From: Ascoidea asiatica JCM 7603
Taxonomy: Eukaryota > Fungi > Ascomycota
DNA length: 64,000 nt
Direction of reading: 5' to 3'
NCBI GenBank assembly: GCA_001600695.1
Contig: BCKQ01000013.1
Coordinates: 279,605 to 343,604 of the forward strand
This document shows positions 11,313 to 22,698 of this stretch, one piece after another. The number at the start of each line of letters is the position of its first letter. The stretch's first letter is position 1. A program made the translations under genes and the position numbers. A model generated the notes under the pieces. That model ran no database searches. It saw only the letters and a program-made list of their open reading frames with translations, and was not told the DNA's origin.

Positions 11313-12687
11313 TTAAGAAGGAAGAGAAATATTATTTAATTTAAAATAATTTATAACTTTATCATAAATATAATTATTAATATTTAAAACATCTAAGTTT
11401 TGATAATCTAAAGAGAGACTATTAATATTTTCATTATTTATTTCATTATTTATTTCAATTTTTGTTTCAATTTTTGTTTTAGAAGAAATAACATTCATTT
11501 CACATTTTTTACCAAAAAACAATTGTCTTTGTAATTCAATTTTTAACAATTTTAATTTATAATTTTTATTTTCATTTAAATTTGATAAATCAATAATTAA
11601 ATTTTTTGCAATGATATAATCTCTTAAAGGTAAATTTAAAAAATTTTTAAAATTTTTAAAATTATAATCAAATATTGAAATACCTAAGAAATTTATTGAA
11701 TTTAAATTTTTAAAATAATTTAAAAAAATATTTATACCATATGGATCAGAATCAAAAAAACTTAAAATTTTTAAATTTTTAAAATTTAATTTTAATAAAT
11801 TTAAAAATTTTAAAGTTAAATTATCTGGATAACCTTTTGCAGTTATTAAAATTGAGAATTTTGTTAAATTTTTAAAATTTATTAAAGTATTAAAAATTGA
11901 TTCTTTTTCTAAGATTATTATACATTTTAAATTTTTTAAATAATTTTTATCAATAATTGAAATTTGAATATTATTTAAATTTGAATTTAATAAAGGTATT
12001 AAAGTTGATAAATTTTTATATATATGAATTGTAGAATTTAGATTTTTATTATTATTATTATTTGTAAATAAATTAATTTTTATTGAATAATTTGTAAATA
12101 TTAAACCTTTTTGAGATGGAGAAATACCTAATTGATAAGATTGTAAATTTAAATTTTTATAAATATTTTTAATTATTGAATTTACAATTGATTGATTTTT
12201 AAATAAATTTACATCTTTATAATAAATATCTCTTAAAGTTAAATTATTTTTATTATTTAATAAAATTAATTTAATTAATTTTAAAATTTTTAAAAATTGT
12301 AAAAATTTTAAAGAATTTAAATAATTTTCATTTGGAAATTTTAATATTGAATTTGAATAATTATTTAAATTATTATTTAAATTATTATTTAATTTATTAT
12401 TAAATTGAGAAAAATTTCTTTTTTTATTTCTTTTATTAAAATTTTTAAAATGAATTAATAAATAACCATTTGAATTTGATAAAGAAGAATCAATTAAATT
12501 TAATAAATTAATAATTTTCTCAAGTGGTGATTCACTTTTTAATTATTGTTAATATTTTATTCATTAATTGATTGATATAGTGTATGTATTGATAATGAAT
12601 TTGGAAAAATGGTTTAAAATACCCTATTAATGAAGGAGATAAATATATTGATCTTGAATCATTTATTTTTGAATTGAATTGATTCAT
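11313..12687 (-). CDS. SPO11: Meiotic DSB transesterase Spo11 (TopoVI-A like); proposed exons 12687-12623 and 12534-11313, about 428 aa
   Basis: Manual translation of the stop-free frame 12542-11313 gives TLRDIYYKDVNLFKNQ (catalytic Tyr, ~12219-12224), SQKGLI, IILEKESIF, ITAKGYPD, FDSDPYG and ELQRQLFFGKKCEM. It lies next to AIM17, as in S. cerevisiae (YHL022C/YHL021C). The 5' exon is inferred. Confidence 0.9.
12535..12622 (-). other. Predicted 88-nt intron in SPO11 with non-consensus signals
   Basis: GG|GTATTT donor, TATTAAC branch-like motif (~12548-12554), AAG|T acceptor; removal joins ATA GG|T GAA in phase. Confidence 0.6.
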
Positions 12688-13590
12688 GATGGATATAAAT
12701 ATTTGATTATAGCTTCTTTATTGTTTGATCTCATTGATCTCATTGATCTCATTGATCTGTTTGGATATATTATTTCAAGAGATGAAGAGAATAAAGGGAA
12801 TGAAGAGAATAAAGAGAATAAAACATGAGAGTATTCTTTATAACTTCATATAATTATCAAAGGGTGGCGATTTCATCCGAGTATTTTAAAGGAAGATAAA
12901 CGCCAGCAATCAATATATTCAAATATACTCAGAAGATATAATAATATATAATAAGATATAATAATATATAATAATATATTCAGATACAATAGGATACAAC
13001 AAGATGGTAATATAATATAATATAATATAATCAGTGGAACAAAATGGGAGAGTTCCGAGCACGAGGAGTGAACCGGCACGGGAGGCTCCGTGTGGCGCGG
13101 GAGGCAGCAGTTCCCCAGAAAGCAGTGGCGTGGTTGAGTGCTGGTTGAGTGCTGTTTGAGTGCTGATTCTGTTTGTGTTGGCGGTCGAGGAAAAGAAGCC
13201 TGGGGAGGGTTTCGAGCGAGCCAATCAGCGCCGGGTGTTGCAGCCTGTCTCTGGTGCCATGCCCTTAAATCTATGTGGGAGATGAGATAAAGTAAGTAAG
13301 TAAGTAAGTAAGTAAGTATCAAAATACAGGGAATATAAGGAATAACCAATACTGTAAGCAATAAGCAATATAAACAGTGAACAGTAAGGAACTACAAATA
13401 AAGAGGCAAAATGAATATAAATACAATCCACTTCTCTCTCTTCTTTTGAATCTTTTTCAATCCCATTCAATTCAATCCAATTCAATTAGTTACTTCAATT
13501 GATTAATCAATTAATCTTTATATCTCACATATCTCACATATTTATATATATTCTTCAATTATAAATCAATTACCTAAATTTATTAACAAA

Positions 13591-15003
13591 ATGTCTGAAT
13601 CTTTAGAAACAAATTCAGAAATTGAAAATAAATCTGAAGATTTAATTCCAAAACCAACAATGAAAATTAATTTTTATAATGAAAGAGTAACTTCAATTAC
13701 TTTTATTGATAATAAAGATCCTTTAATTCCAGATATTGTAAATTTTTCAAATGTATTTTTAAGAGATTCTTCAAATTCTTTAACTTCAATTGATTTTAAT
13801 TCAAAACAAAAATTATTTTCAACAGGTTTTTTAAAAAAAAATTTAATACCAATTAAAAAACCTGAATTAATTTTTGATAATAATAAAAATCAATTTAAAT
13901 TTAAAATTATTTGGAATGATAATGAAATTAGTTATTATTTTGAAAATTTTTTAAAAAAATATTCAAATGATAATTTAAGAAAAAGTGGTAAATATTTTGA
14001 AGAAAATATAGAAATTTGGAATTTAAAAAAATTAATTAAACCACATAGAAATTTATTTATAAATTATAATCATTATATTAATAATATTAATAATTCTTTT
14101 TTAACAACTTTATTAAATTTAAATAAATTTGGTATTTCTTTTATTAAAGATATACCAAATATTTCAATTAATAATAATGAAAATGAAAATTTAGAAATTA
14201 ATGATCCATATTTAATTAAAATTGCTGAAAAATTTGGTTATATTAAAGAAACTTTATATGGTAAATTATTTGATGTTAAATCAATTAATAATCCAAAAAA
14301 TATTGCTTACTCAAATAATCAAATTATTTTTCATATGGATTTATTATATTATGAATCTCCACCAGGTTTACAATTATTACATTCAATTTATAATAATATT
14401 AATGATATTAAAGGTGGTGAAAATTTATTTGTTGATTCTTTTAATGCTGCAAGATATGTTTTAGAAAATGATCCTCATGGTTATTTTGCTTTATGTAATG
14501 TACCAATAAATTTTCATTATTCAAATAATAATTTTAATTATTTTTATTCAAGACCTTTAATTGTTGAAGATAATAATAATATTGATGAATTAACAAATTA
14601 TCCAACAATTAAAGAAATTAATTATTCTCCTCCATTTCAAGCTCCTTTTGAATTTGGTATAACAAGTCCATTAAAAAAAATGGGTGAATTTAAAGATCAT
14701 TCAAAAATTGATAATTATCAATCTGCAAAAGATTCTGGTGATAGATATTTATTTAGAGATTTTCATAGAGGTTTAAAAAAATTTGAAGAATTTATTAATA
14801 ATCCTGAAAATCAATTTAAAATTATTTTAGAATCTGGTAATTGTGTAATTTTTGATAATAGAAGAATTTTACATTCAAGAACAAAATTTGAAAATCTTTC
14901 AAATGATAAAAATAAACAAAGATTCTTAAAAGGTTGTTATATTGATAGAGATGCTTATTATTCAACTTTAAGATCAACTTTTAAACAAAATTCAATCAAT
15001 TAA
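13591..15003 (+). CDS. AIM17: TauD/gamma-butyrobetaine dioxygenase-like Fe(II)/2OG oxygenase
   Basis: FHMDLLYYESPPGLQLLH (HxD), GGENLFVDSF, FDNRRILHSR, RFLKGCY; syntenic with SPO11. Confidence 0.88.
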   Translation: MSESLETNSEIENKSEDLIPKPTMKINFYNERVTSITFIDNKDPLIPDIVNFSNVFLRDSSNSLTSIDFNSKQKLFSTGFLKKNLIPIKKPELIFDNNKNQFKFKIIWNDNEISYYFENFLKKYSNDNLRKSGKYFEENIEIWNLKKLIKPHRNLFINYNHYINNINNSFLTTLLNLNKFGISFIKDIPNISINNNENENLEINDPYLIKIAEKFGYIKETLYGKLFDVKSINNPKNIAYSNNQIIFHMDLLYYESPPGLQLLHSIYNNINDIKGGENLFVDSFNAARYVLENDPHGYFALCNVPINFHYSNNNFNYFYSRPLIVEDNNNIDELTNYPTIKEINYSPPFQAPFEFGITSPLKKMGEFKDHSKIDNYQSAKDSGDRYLFRDFHRGLKKFEEFINNPENQFKIILESGNCVIFDNRRILHSRTKFENLSNDKNKQRFLKGCYIDRDAYYSTLRSTFKQNSIN

Positions 15004-15137
15004 TATACAATATACCATATACCATATATAATATATAATATATAATATATAATATATAATATATAATATAAATAAATGATTATAATGATTATGAGAAGAT
15101 AATATTTAAACAAAAAAGAAAGAAAACAATTCTGTAA

Positions 15138-15148
15138 GGACTCGAACC
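15138..15148 (-). promoter_or_regulatory. Isolated Pol III B-box (GGTTCGAGTCC), possible extra-TFIIIC site
   Basis: Exact B-box consensus on the minus strand, with no cloverleaf or A-box around it. Confidence 0.4.
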
Positions 15149-15638
15149 AACAATCACCACAAAATAATAATTAATAATTATTCATTCAAATACCAAAAAC
15201 TTAAAAACGTCAATTTCAGAGCTTAGAATTTAAAAATACGTGAAGATTTTGAAAGCGGAAGCAGAACGGCCTTTGATTGGCTGGAAAAGCCACGCAGAAT
15301 CGCAAAAGCAGCACCTCGGAGCAAAACATGCGTCCAGAAACAGAAACACTGCGAAACAATACAAAAATCATAAAACAAATACAAAAAATATAAAATAAAT
15401 TGAAATTGAATTAAAAAAAACCACCAAAGAAAAGAATACAAAAAGAAGATCTCAACAAACAAAATTGAAAGAACAGCACTAACAAAATGAATTCACACTG
15501 AAATTCGTTTCTTTTATTGGCCAATTTCATCATCTTTTCTCATCTTTATCAACCAATATTATCTTAATTCGTTTGAAATCTTGAAACGAGACACTAAAAT
15601 TTGAGATTAATATTATTTTTATTATTAAGAATAATATC

Positions 15639-15700
15639 CCATTAATGAAATCCATTAATGAAATCCATTAATGAAATCCATTAATGATATCCATTAATGA
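15639..15700. repeat. 13-bp tandem repeat CCATTAATGAAAT, about 4.8 copies
   Basis: Read directly; each unit contains the palindrome CATTAATG. Confidence 0.9.
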
Positions 15701-16001
15701 CAGAAATTACTGTAATTGAAATCGGGAATTCAAAAGAACTATTACTCAGTAAAGAACTCAATATGTAAATCCCATTAAAAAATATCATTTAAAACATATA
15801 AATATCAAGCTTAATCTCTTCTTTTTAATTTCTACTTTTGTTTCTTTTATTTCTTTTGCTTTCTTTTACTTTCTTTTCTTTTTTGAAGTATATTTCTTAA
15901 TTCTCTTATTATATTATTTTCAAATTGAATTTAATTATTTTAACTTTACATTATCACTTTATTATTCAAATTATAAATTATTATTATTAATCTAATTCAA
16001 A

Positions 16002-16445
16002 ATGGGTTTATTCGATTCAATTAATGACCAAATGGAAAATACCATTAAAAATAAAATCATTGATGGTGTTGAAGATCAAATTCAAACTAAATATGGTTAT
16101 GATGTTGATTTCAATAATAATGATAATTCAAATTCTAACTCAAATTCTAATTCTAATTCAAACAACAATAATAACAATAACAATGATAACAATAACTCCT
16201 CAAATAATAACAACAACAATAACGATAATAACGATAATAACGATAATAACAACAATAGCAACAACAACAATAGCAACAACAACAATAATAACAACAGTTC
16301 CTCAAATAACAGATCTTCAGGTAATGATTTTGGTGATATGGCTAGTCAATTTTTAAGTGGTAGTGGTAACTCAGATAATATTAGTAAATTAGCTAGTTCA
16401 TTCCTTGGTGGTAGCAGTAACAGTAATAATAATGACAGAAATTAA
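16002..16445 (+). CDS. Small Asn-rich protein of unknown function (prion-like composition)
   Basis: 147-aa ORF with an AAAATGG start context and an upstream TATA-like element; poly-Asn core; MASQFL and LASSFL motifs. Confidence 0.7.
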   Translation: MGLFDSINDQMENTIKNKIIDGVEDQIQTKYGYDVDFNNNDNSNSNSNSNSNSNNNNNNNNDNNNSSNNNNNNNDNNDNNDNNNNSNNNNSNNNNNNNSSSNNRSSGNDFGDMASQFLSGSGNSDNISKLASSFLGGSSNSNNNDRN

Positions 16446-17700
16446 ATTTTTTTCTAACTATATATTATCCTCGATGGTTGATTCTTAATGTTTCTCATAA
16501 CTAATATAAGTTTATATTAATCTCAATACATCTCATTATAATTATCTTATGACTCTTGTAACTTTTGTAGGTCTTATATTTTGTTATCCTATCTTATCTG
16601 ATAATAATATCATTCGAATTGTAATTATTCTTCCACATTTATTTTTTGGTTTTAATTTTATTTATTCCAGTTTCTTGAACAAAAGTTTTTCTCTTTATTA
16701 TTTTGATGGTTTATAAATTGATCTACCATAATAAATCAGAGAATATTAATAACATCCTAAACAAAACAAAAAAGATTGTAGACCTTTAATGCTCTTTCTG
16801 GCATTCTCTTGTGAATATTTAACCCATTTTCATTCAAATATGAAATAATTGAATATAAAAGTAATTCAAATTAAACCATGTTCGGCATCTCACGGCGTTC
16901 AATTATAAAGCACGTGGCTTTCGGCTTTTCGGCATGCAAAATACTCAACCAGTAAATGCAGCTTAACATGATTCCTGCGTGTAAGTGCCTTTTCCACAAC
17001 TCAATTCTCAGCTCTCAGCTCTTTTTCCCCCTTTTCTTCTTTTTACTACAAGAAGAAAAAGAGTAAGCGTTTTTAATTCTGATTAACTTATGTTTAACTT
17101 CTTCAGATCTTCTTCAGATCTTTTTTCTTTATTCAGAATAGTTTTAAAAGTTTTTGAACTGATTATTATTCTAGTATATTTTCAGGTAATAAACCTTGCC
17201 ATTATAGGTTATTTATCTTCAATCGTAACCAATCGGGTTGCTTCCTCAGTAAAATTTTAAATTTTTAGTGGCAGGCATATGATAAAAAAGCTATTTTCCA
17301 CTTTTGTAAAAGACTTGTCTCAGATTTGTTTAAATCCAGTAAATCATTACAATGATTATTACTCTTTAAATAATTTTTTCAAATAAGATCAGCCTCAAAC
17401 TCTTTATCAGATCCATGTAAAAGTCAATAGATTTTAAACATGTTTGTATTTTTTTATACTCTAATTATAAAGCTAAACTTCATTCAAATGATATAATATG
17501 TTTTGATTAAGTATATTGATGATGATTATTATTCTACATTACATCATTTATTGGTTTTGAAAAACCAATAGGCTATAACTTAATTGAATACAGTTGATTT
17601 TTTTTTTATTTAAATTTTAATTTTGTTTCTGCTTTTGTACGAGTAAATTTTCTAATAAAATGAATGACAAAGATATCTATATAATAAATAATAAAGTAAA

Positions 17701-17751
<51 letters not shown>
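17701..17751. repeat. (AAT)17 microsatellite
   Basis: Read directly. Confidence 0.95.
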
Positions 17752-18013
17752 CTATAATATAATATAATAATATAATAGTTTAAAAAAAAGTTAGAGAAAA
17801 AGAAGCAAATTGAAAAAGAAAAAAAAAGACATAATATATATATATGATATAAGTTATGGTTTAATATAATACAACCATTATAATAAAAGAATTGAAAGAG
17901 TTAAAACTAGTTAGATATAAAAAAAATTGATAAAAATTGATAAAATTGATAAAAATTGATAAAAATTATAATATAACATAATAATCAAAATAATTTTTTA
18001 GTTTTTTCTATTA

Positions 18014-18343
18014 TCAAGATGAAGAAAAAACAGCTAAAATATTTTTTGAGATTGAATTAAAATATAAATAAACAAGATAATTTGAATAATTTATTAAACC
18101 AAAACCTTGATTATTAATTAAAGGATCTTGACTTAAATGAATAGCTTGATAAATAATTTTTGAATCTAAATTTGGATTTTTAAATAAATTTCCACTATCA
18201 AAATAAGATAATAAATAACCATCTTGATTAATATAAATTGCACCAATTGCATTTTTACAACCAGTTTTTTCTTTTAATAAATTTATATTCATATTTTCCA
18301 ACATTTCTGGAGGAAATATATCAAAATACATTTTGAACATCAT
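18014..18343 (-). CDS. EGO2: Roadblock-like microprotein resembling EGO complex subunit Ego2/Ego4
   Basis: GAIYINQDGYLL...G and LSQDPLINNQGFGLINYSNYLVYLY...LAVFSS match the pattern of yeast Ego2 as I recall it (GTIAFDTHGNVI...GFAQV...LVHLY...LAVYTS). Confidence 0.65.
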   Translation of the reverse strand: MMFKMYFDIFPPEMLENMNINLLKEKTGCKNAIGAIYINQDGYLLSYFDSGNLFKNPNLDSKIIYQAIHLSQDPLINNQGFGLINYSNYLVYLYFNSISKNILAVFSSS

Positions 18344-21300
18344 ATGAAATATAAAATATGATAATGATTATGATAAGTAATGATAATGAAATAAAAAAGA
18401 AAAAAGAATATAATATAAAAAACTATAATATAATATAAGATAATATGATGATAAAAAGAAATAATAGAAATATATATATAAATTTTTTTTTTTAATTAAA
18501 TTTGAGAATAAAGATTCATAATTTATATTTATATATAATTAAATGATTGAATTAGTAATTATTTTATTAGTGTTTCAACCTCAATAAAAGTTAAATTTGC
18601 TTGTAAGACAAACCGTTATTGTTTGTTATTTCCTTTTACTTTTTTATAGTTTGATATTAATAGAGGTTAATTAAGTTTATATAAATTTAAATTTGAATAA
18701 GAATTAATAAGATTTAATAGGATTTATTTAAAGGAAAGTGAAAGAGATTTACTTATTTAAGTAGGATAATAAAGTTTTTATTAATACGGATGAAGTGATA
18801 ATTTAAAATTTAAAGTAAATAATTAACAATTTATACAATAATAGACAAAAATTGAACAAATTAAAATTAAACTATAGTTGATTGGATCCAGTTGGAAATG
18901 AATTAATTTATAAATGAATTGAATTGATTTGAAATGATTTAAATAGATTATAAATTATATACCAAAGAGTCCAAAAATAAAAACTTTGAAAACAAAAGTG
19001 ATTACTTATATTTAAAGATTGACAATTGGCAATTGATAAATGATAGAAGTTAATTGAATACTTAAAAAGGATATGTGTTTAGAAATAATTATTTTCTTTG
19101 TATAAAGAGAAACTAACAGGGATTATAATGAAATTAAAAAAAAAAAAGCCAGTTATTAATTATTATAGATTTTTGAACATTTGAAAAAAAATCTTTCCAG
19201 AAAGAAAAAAAAACATAAAAAAAAAAGAAGGAAAGAAAACGAAGCAAAAACAAAACAAAGAAGAAACTCCAAAAGGGCAAAAATACAAGAAGAAGAAGAA
19301 GAAGAAAAAGAAAAATAAATGAAAGAAATAAAAAAAACAATGCAAATGAAACTCTCAAATAAAGCTTGAAATATTCAAAGATTCAAAGATGCAAACACTG
19401 AAATATTCAGATGAAAAAAATCGAAAACAAAGCAGAAAAAAAGCGAATTTTCCAAAACAAGGCGGGAAATGCGGCGGTGCAATGTATATGAGGCTGAAAA
19501 GAGGCTGGTATGGAGTTTTTTTTTATTTGTGGCTGGAATATGCAAGATAATGCATACTGTTAGTTGATGTATTAAAAGACATCTTAATGCATATCCTAAA
19601 ATCCAGAGCAGTGGGTCTTAACTTGTATCCGATAAAGTTCCGCGCTGTTGCCGAGAATCCGAATTTGAAAAATTAAAAAAAAATTAAAAAAAAATATTTT
19701 CAGACACAAAATTCAGATTTAAAAGTAGTTATTTTTTGTCTTTAAAAGTTGAGGGTTGTTGAGACTTTTTCTCGACACCAGACTTTTTCTTTCACGTTTC
19801 AACGAGAAATTCAGTTCATTGACTGGTGATAGGCTTATGCACTTGTTGAAGATCACAGATTATCTTCAATGACCATAGACTCTCTGATTCTTTTATTCTC
19901 TGATCTTCTGATCTTCTTGTTTTCTTGTTTTCTGGGTTTCTAAATTTATTCAATAAACTTCAGAGTAAATTATTATATAGAGTATCTGTTTCTGAGTATC
20001 TGTTACTATTTCCAGTCTAATAACGCGTCTGTAGACAAATTATAAACTAATTGTAGTCTAATAAACTAATTGAAGACGATTTATAGCCTCTTAAGATTGT
20101 TCAGTTTATAAAATTAAGTCCATAATTCGATACTTAAATTACTTTTCTCAATACACCCTTAATACTTTTTTCGTTTTAGTGACTAACTGCAGTACAAAAT
20201 TTATTGCAGCATACTAATCATCTTCTTTAATTTATTTGAACATTACTTTAATTAACGAGAGTAAAGTAACAACAATAACAACCATAGTAATAATTACAAA
20301 ATTATCAAAATCAAAATCAGTCTTGTAATTTTGAACTTCAAAACAAAAAAAAAATTTGATCGGTTAAATCAAGGATTTTCTAAAAACTATCAAAAATATC
20401 AATATCTTTAGAAAACACAATTTTCTGCTACAAAATATATTGACAATTGTTTTTTCACTGTAACATTAATCGTACTATTTTATATTTAATATTAAGTCCA
20501 AATGATCAATCTCTTATAATTTCCAATAAATTCTCTAAAATTCCAATTCAAAAAGAGTCAGAATAATCATTTATTTTCATGTTGCAAAAAAATCAAATGA
20601 AAGACAATTGATTTTTAACTTCACTTTCAATTTATTTCAATTTCAATTTTGAAAGGCGTTGAAGGGGTGAGAATTTAACCTTATAATATCTTCATATATT
20701 TTTAAAAGTAATTGAATCAATTTCATTGAGTTAATAACGAAAATTATAAATGAATAGATTTCTTCTGAAATATCAGAGCCATTCAATTTTTAATTCATGA
20801 AAATCATACTTGAAACAAAATCACTTCAAATACCATTAAACAACTCAAAAGAAAATAAAAAAAATATTCAAATAAAATTTGAGTAAGCTTTTTATTCAAC
20901 TTAACTTTCCCAATAATTTAATTGATTTACAAATTAAAATGGAAGTTAATACTTTTTTTGCTGCCTTTTGAGCAAATTTTCCTCGTGTCATTATTAATTT
21001 TATAATTTAATAATTAATTTTATCCATAACACTTTTATTTTTATCCTTCAAACCAAACCTTTTGAGATTCAAAGATATTAAAAATATTTTTTTTTATTCA
21101 TTTACAAGATTATTTTTTAATTCAATCATCAATGATTTATCGATCGATATTTTAACAAAATTACGGTATTGAAAATACATACCACTACCACTATTGAAAT
21201 AGTTATTGAGATAAACACAGTGATAAACTACTGTAATTGAATTATTCAATACAAAATATTCATGATTTTTATTTCATAATGATCAGAGGCAGCAAGGCAA

Positions 21301-21999
21301 ACAAATAGAAGATAATCTCAATATCACTCGATTATTTTTCCAGAAAGGAAGAAAACGTTTTAAAATATACTACAATTTCTAAGAGTCAACATTAGGAAGT
21401 TTTAGACAATATTGTCTAGTATTTGTATTAAAAAAAAATTAACAGAAAACTTGGTCATAATGAAATTTTTATTGAATTTCATTTAAATAAAAAGCAAATA
21501 AAAGAGAAAATAATAAAAAATATATAAAAAAAAGTATAACATATTATTATCATATACTGCTAAATGATCATTAAAGAAAATTTAGAGTAAAGGATAGAAA
21601 AAATTGTATTGAAATTATCTAAAACCAATTTATTTATTTTTGAAAGAAATGAAATATAACCTTGAAAATATAGGGCATAAATAGAAGAAGAAAAGAATTT
21701 GAAGGAATAAAAAAAATAAAATACAAGAAAATACCATTTCTAACTAAAAAATTATAATTGTTTTTTTTTTCTTTTTTTCTTTGAATAAATTGAACTTGAA
21801 AAAAGGATAGAAGAATAGAAAAATAGAATGAAATAGAATAGAATAGAACAGAATAGCAAATTATAAGATAAAATAAGATATAAATAATTTTTATGAGGAG
21901 GATGAAATAAGGATTATAGATTTATGGAATATAATAGTAGTTGATAAAAAAAGAAAGAGACAGAATGAGTTAAAGTAGTAATTGAATTTCATAAAAAGA

Positions 22000-22698
22000 T
22001 TATAATTGTATAACCACATCATCAGAAAAATCTGCTGTAGAATTCTGACGAGATTGTTTTCTCAGTATTAAAGGTTTAACAACATCATGAGAAGATAAAG
22101 AATTTGAACCAAAAGATTTAGATAAACTGTTATGATTACTTAAAGAAGAATTTGATAAATGATTATTACTTGAATTATTTAATGAAGTACCTTCTAAATT
22201 TTTAGTTAATAAACCAATTGAATAATCATTATTAAAAGAATCCGAACTATAAGTAGAAACACTTGTACTTGAACCAGCCATTGTAGAATCATAATATGAA
22301 TCTAAAGAAACACTGGAACATATAGAATTTGAATTACCTTTTGTATTTGAAAATATAAATTCATCTTGACTTCCAGTAAAAGTAGAATTATTTGCATTAA
22401 TCATTGGTGGATTTGGACTTGTTAAAGTATTAAGAGTTTGAGCATGAACAGATCTTCTTGCTCTTGGTTGAGATTCATTTAAGAGTTCTTCTTCTGTAGT
22501 TGCTGAATTTTGATCATTAAAACATTCAGTAGATTGAATACTATCTGAGATTCTATTTTCTTCTATTGAAGTTATTTGAGAATTTGTTGAACTTTCATTA
22601 TGACCAGCAGCTTTTTGTTGTTGAAGTTTAAGCATTCTTTGTTTTGCTCTTTCTAATCTCCAAGTATTAGCTGGTTTTATTTCACTTTTTGAAGACAT
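22000..22698 (-). CDS. Ser/Asn-rich protein of unknown function
   Basis: 232-aa ORF with typical codon usage and an AAAATGT context; N-terminal helix-like WRLERAKQRMLKLQ; no recognised domain. Confidence 0.75.
   Translation of the reverse strand: MSSKSEIKPANTWRLERAKQRMLKLQQQKAAGHNESSTNSQITSIEENRISDSIQSTECFNDQNSATTEEELLNESQPRARRSVHAQTLNTLTSPNPPMINANNSTFTGSQDEFIFSNTKGNSNSICSSVSLDSYYDSTMAGSSTSVSTYSSDSFNNDYSIGLLTKNLEGTSLNNSSNNHLSNSSLSNHNSLSKSFGSNSLSSHDVVKPLILRKQSRQNSTADFSDDVVIQL

Noticed and set aside
11313-11549. 78-aa ORF listed as a stand-alone protein
   Set aside because: It is the C-terminal end of SPO11, opened at an internal TTG
12873-13485. Three minus-strand ORFs in the SPO11/AIM17 intergenic region
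   Set aside because: They arise from simple repeats and the GC promoter island; non-ATG or low-complexity, with no recognisable domain
15125-15200. Possible tRNA gene
   Set aside because: Only the B-box is present; no T-stem, anticodon arm or acceptor stem
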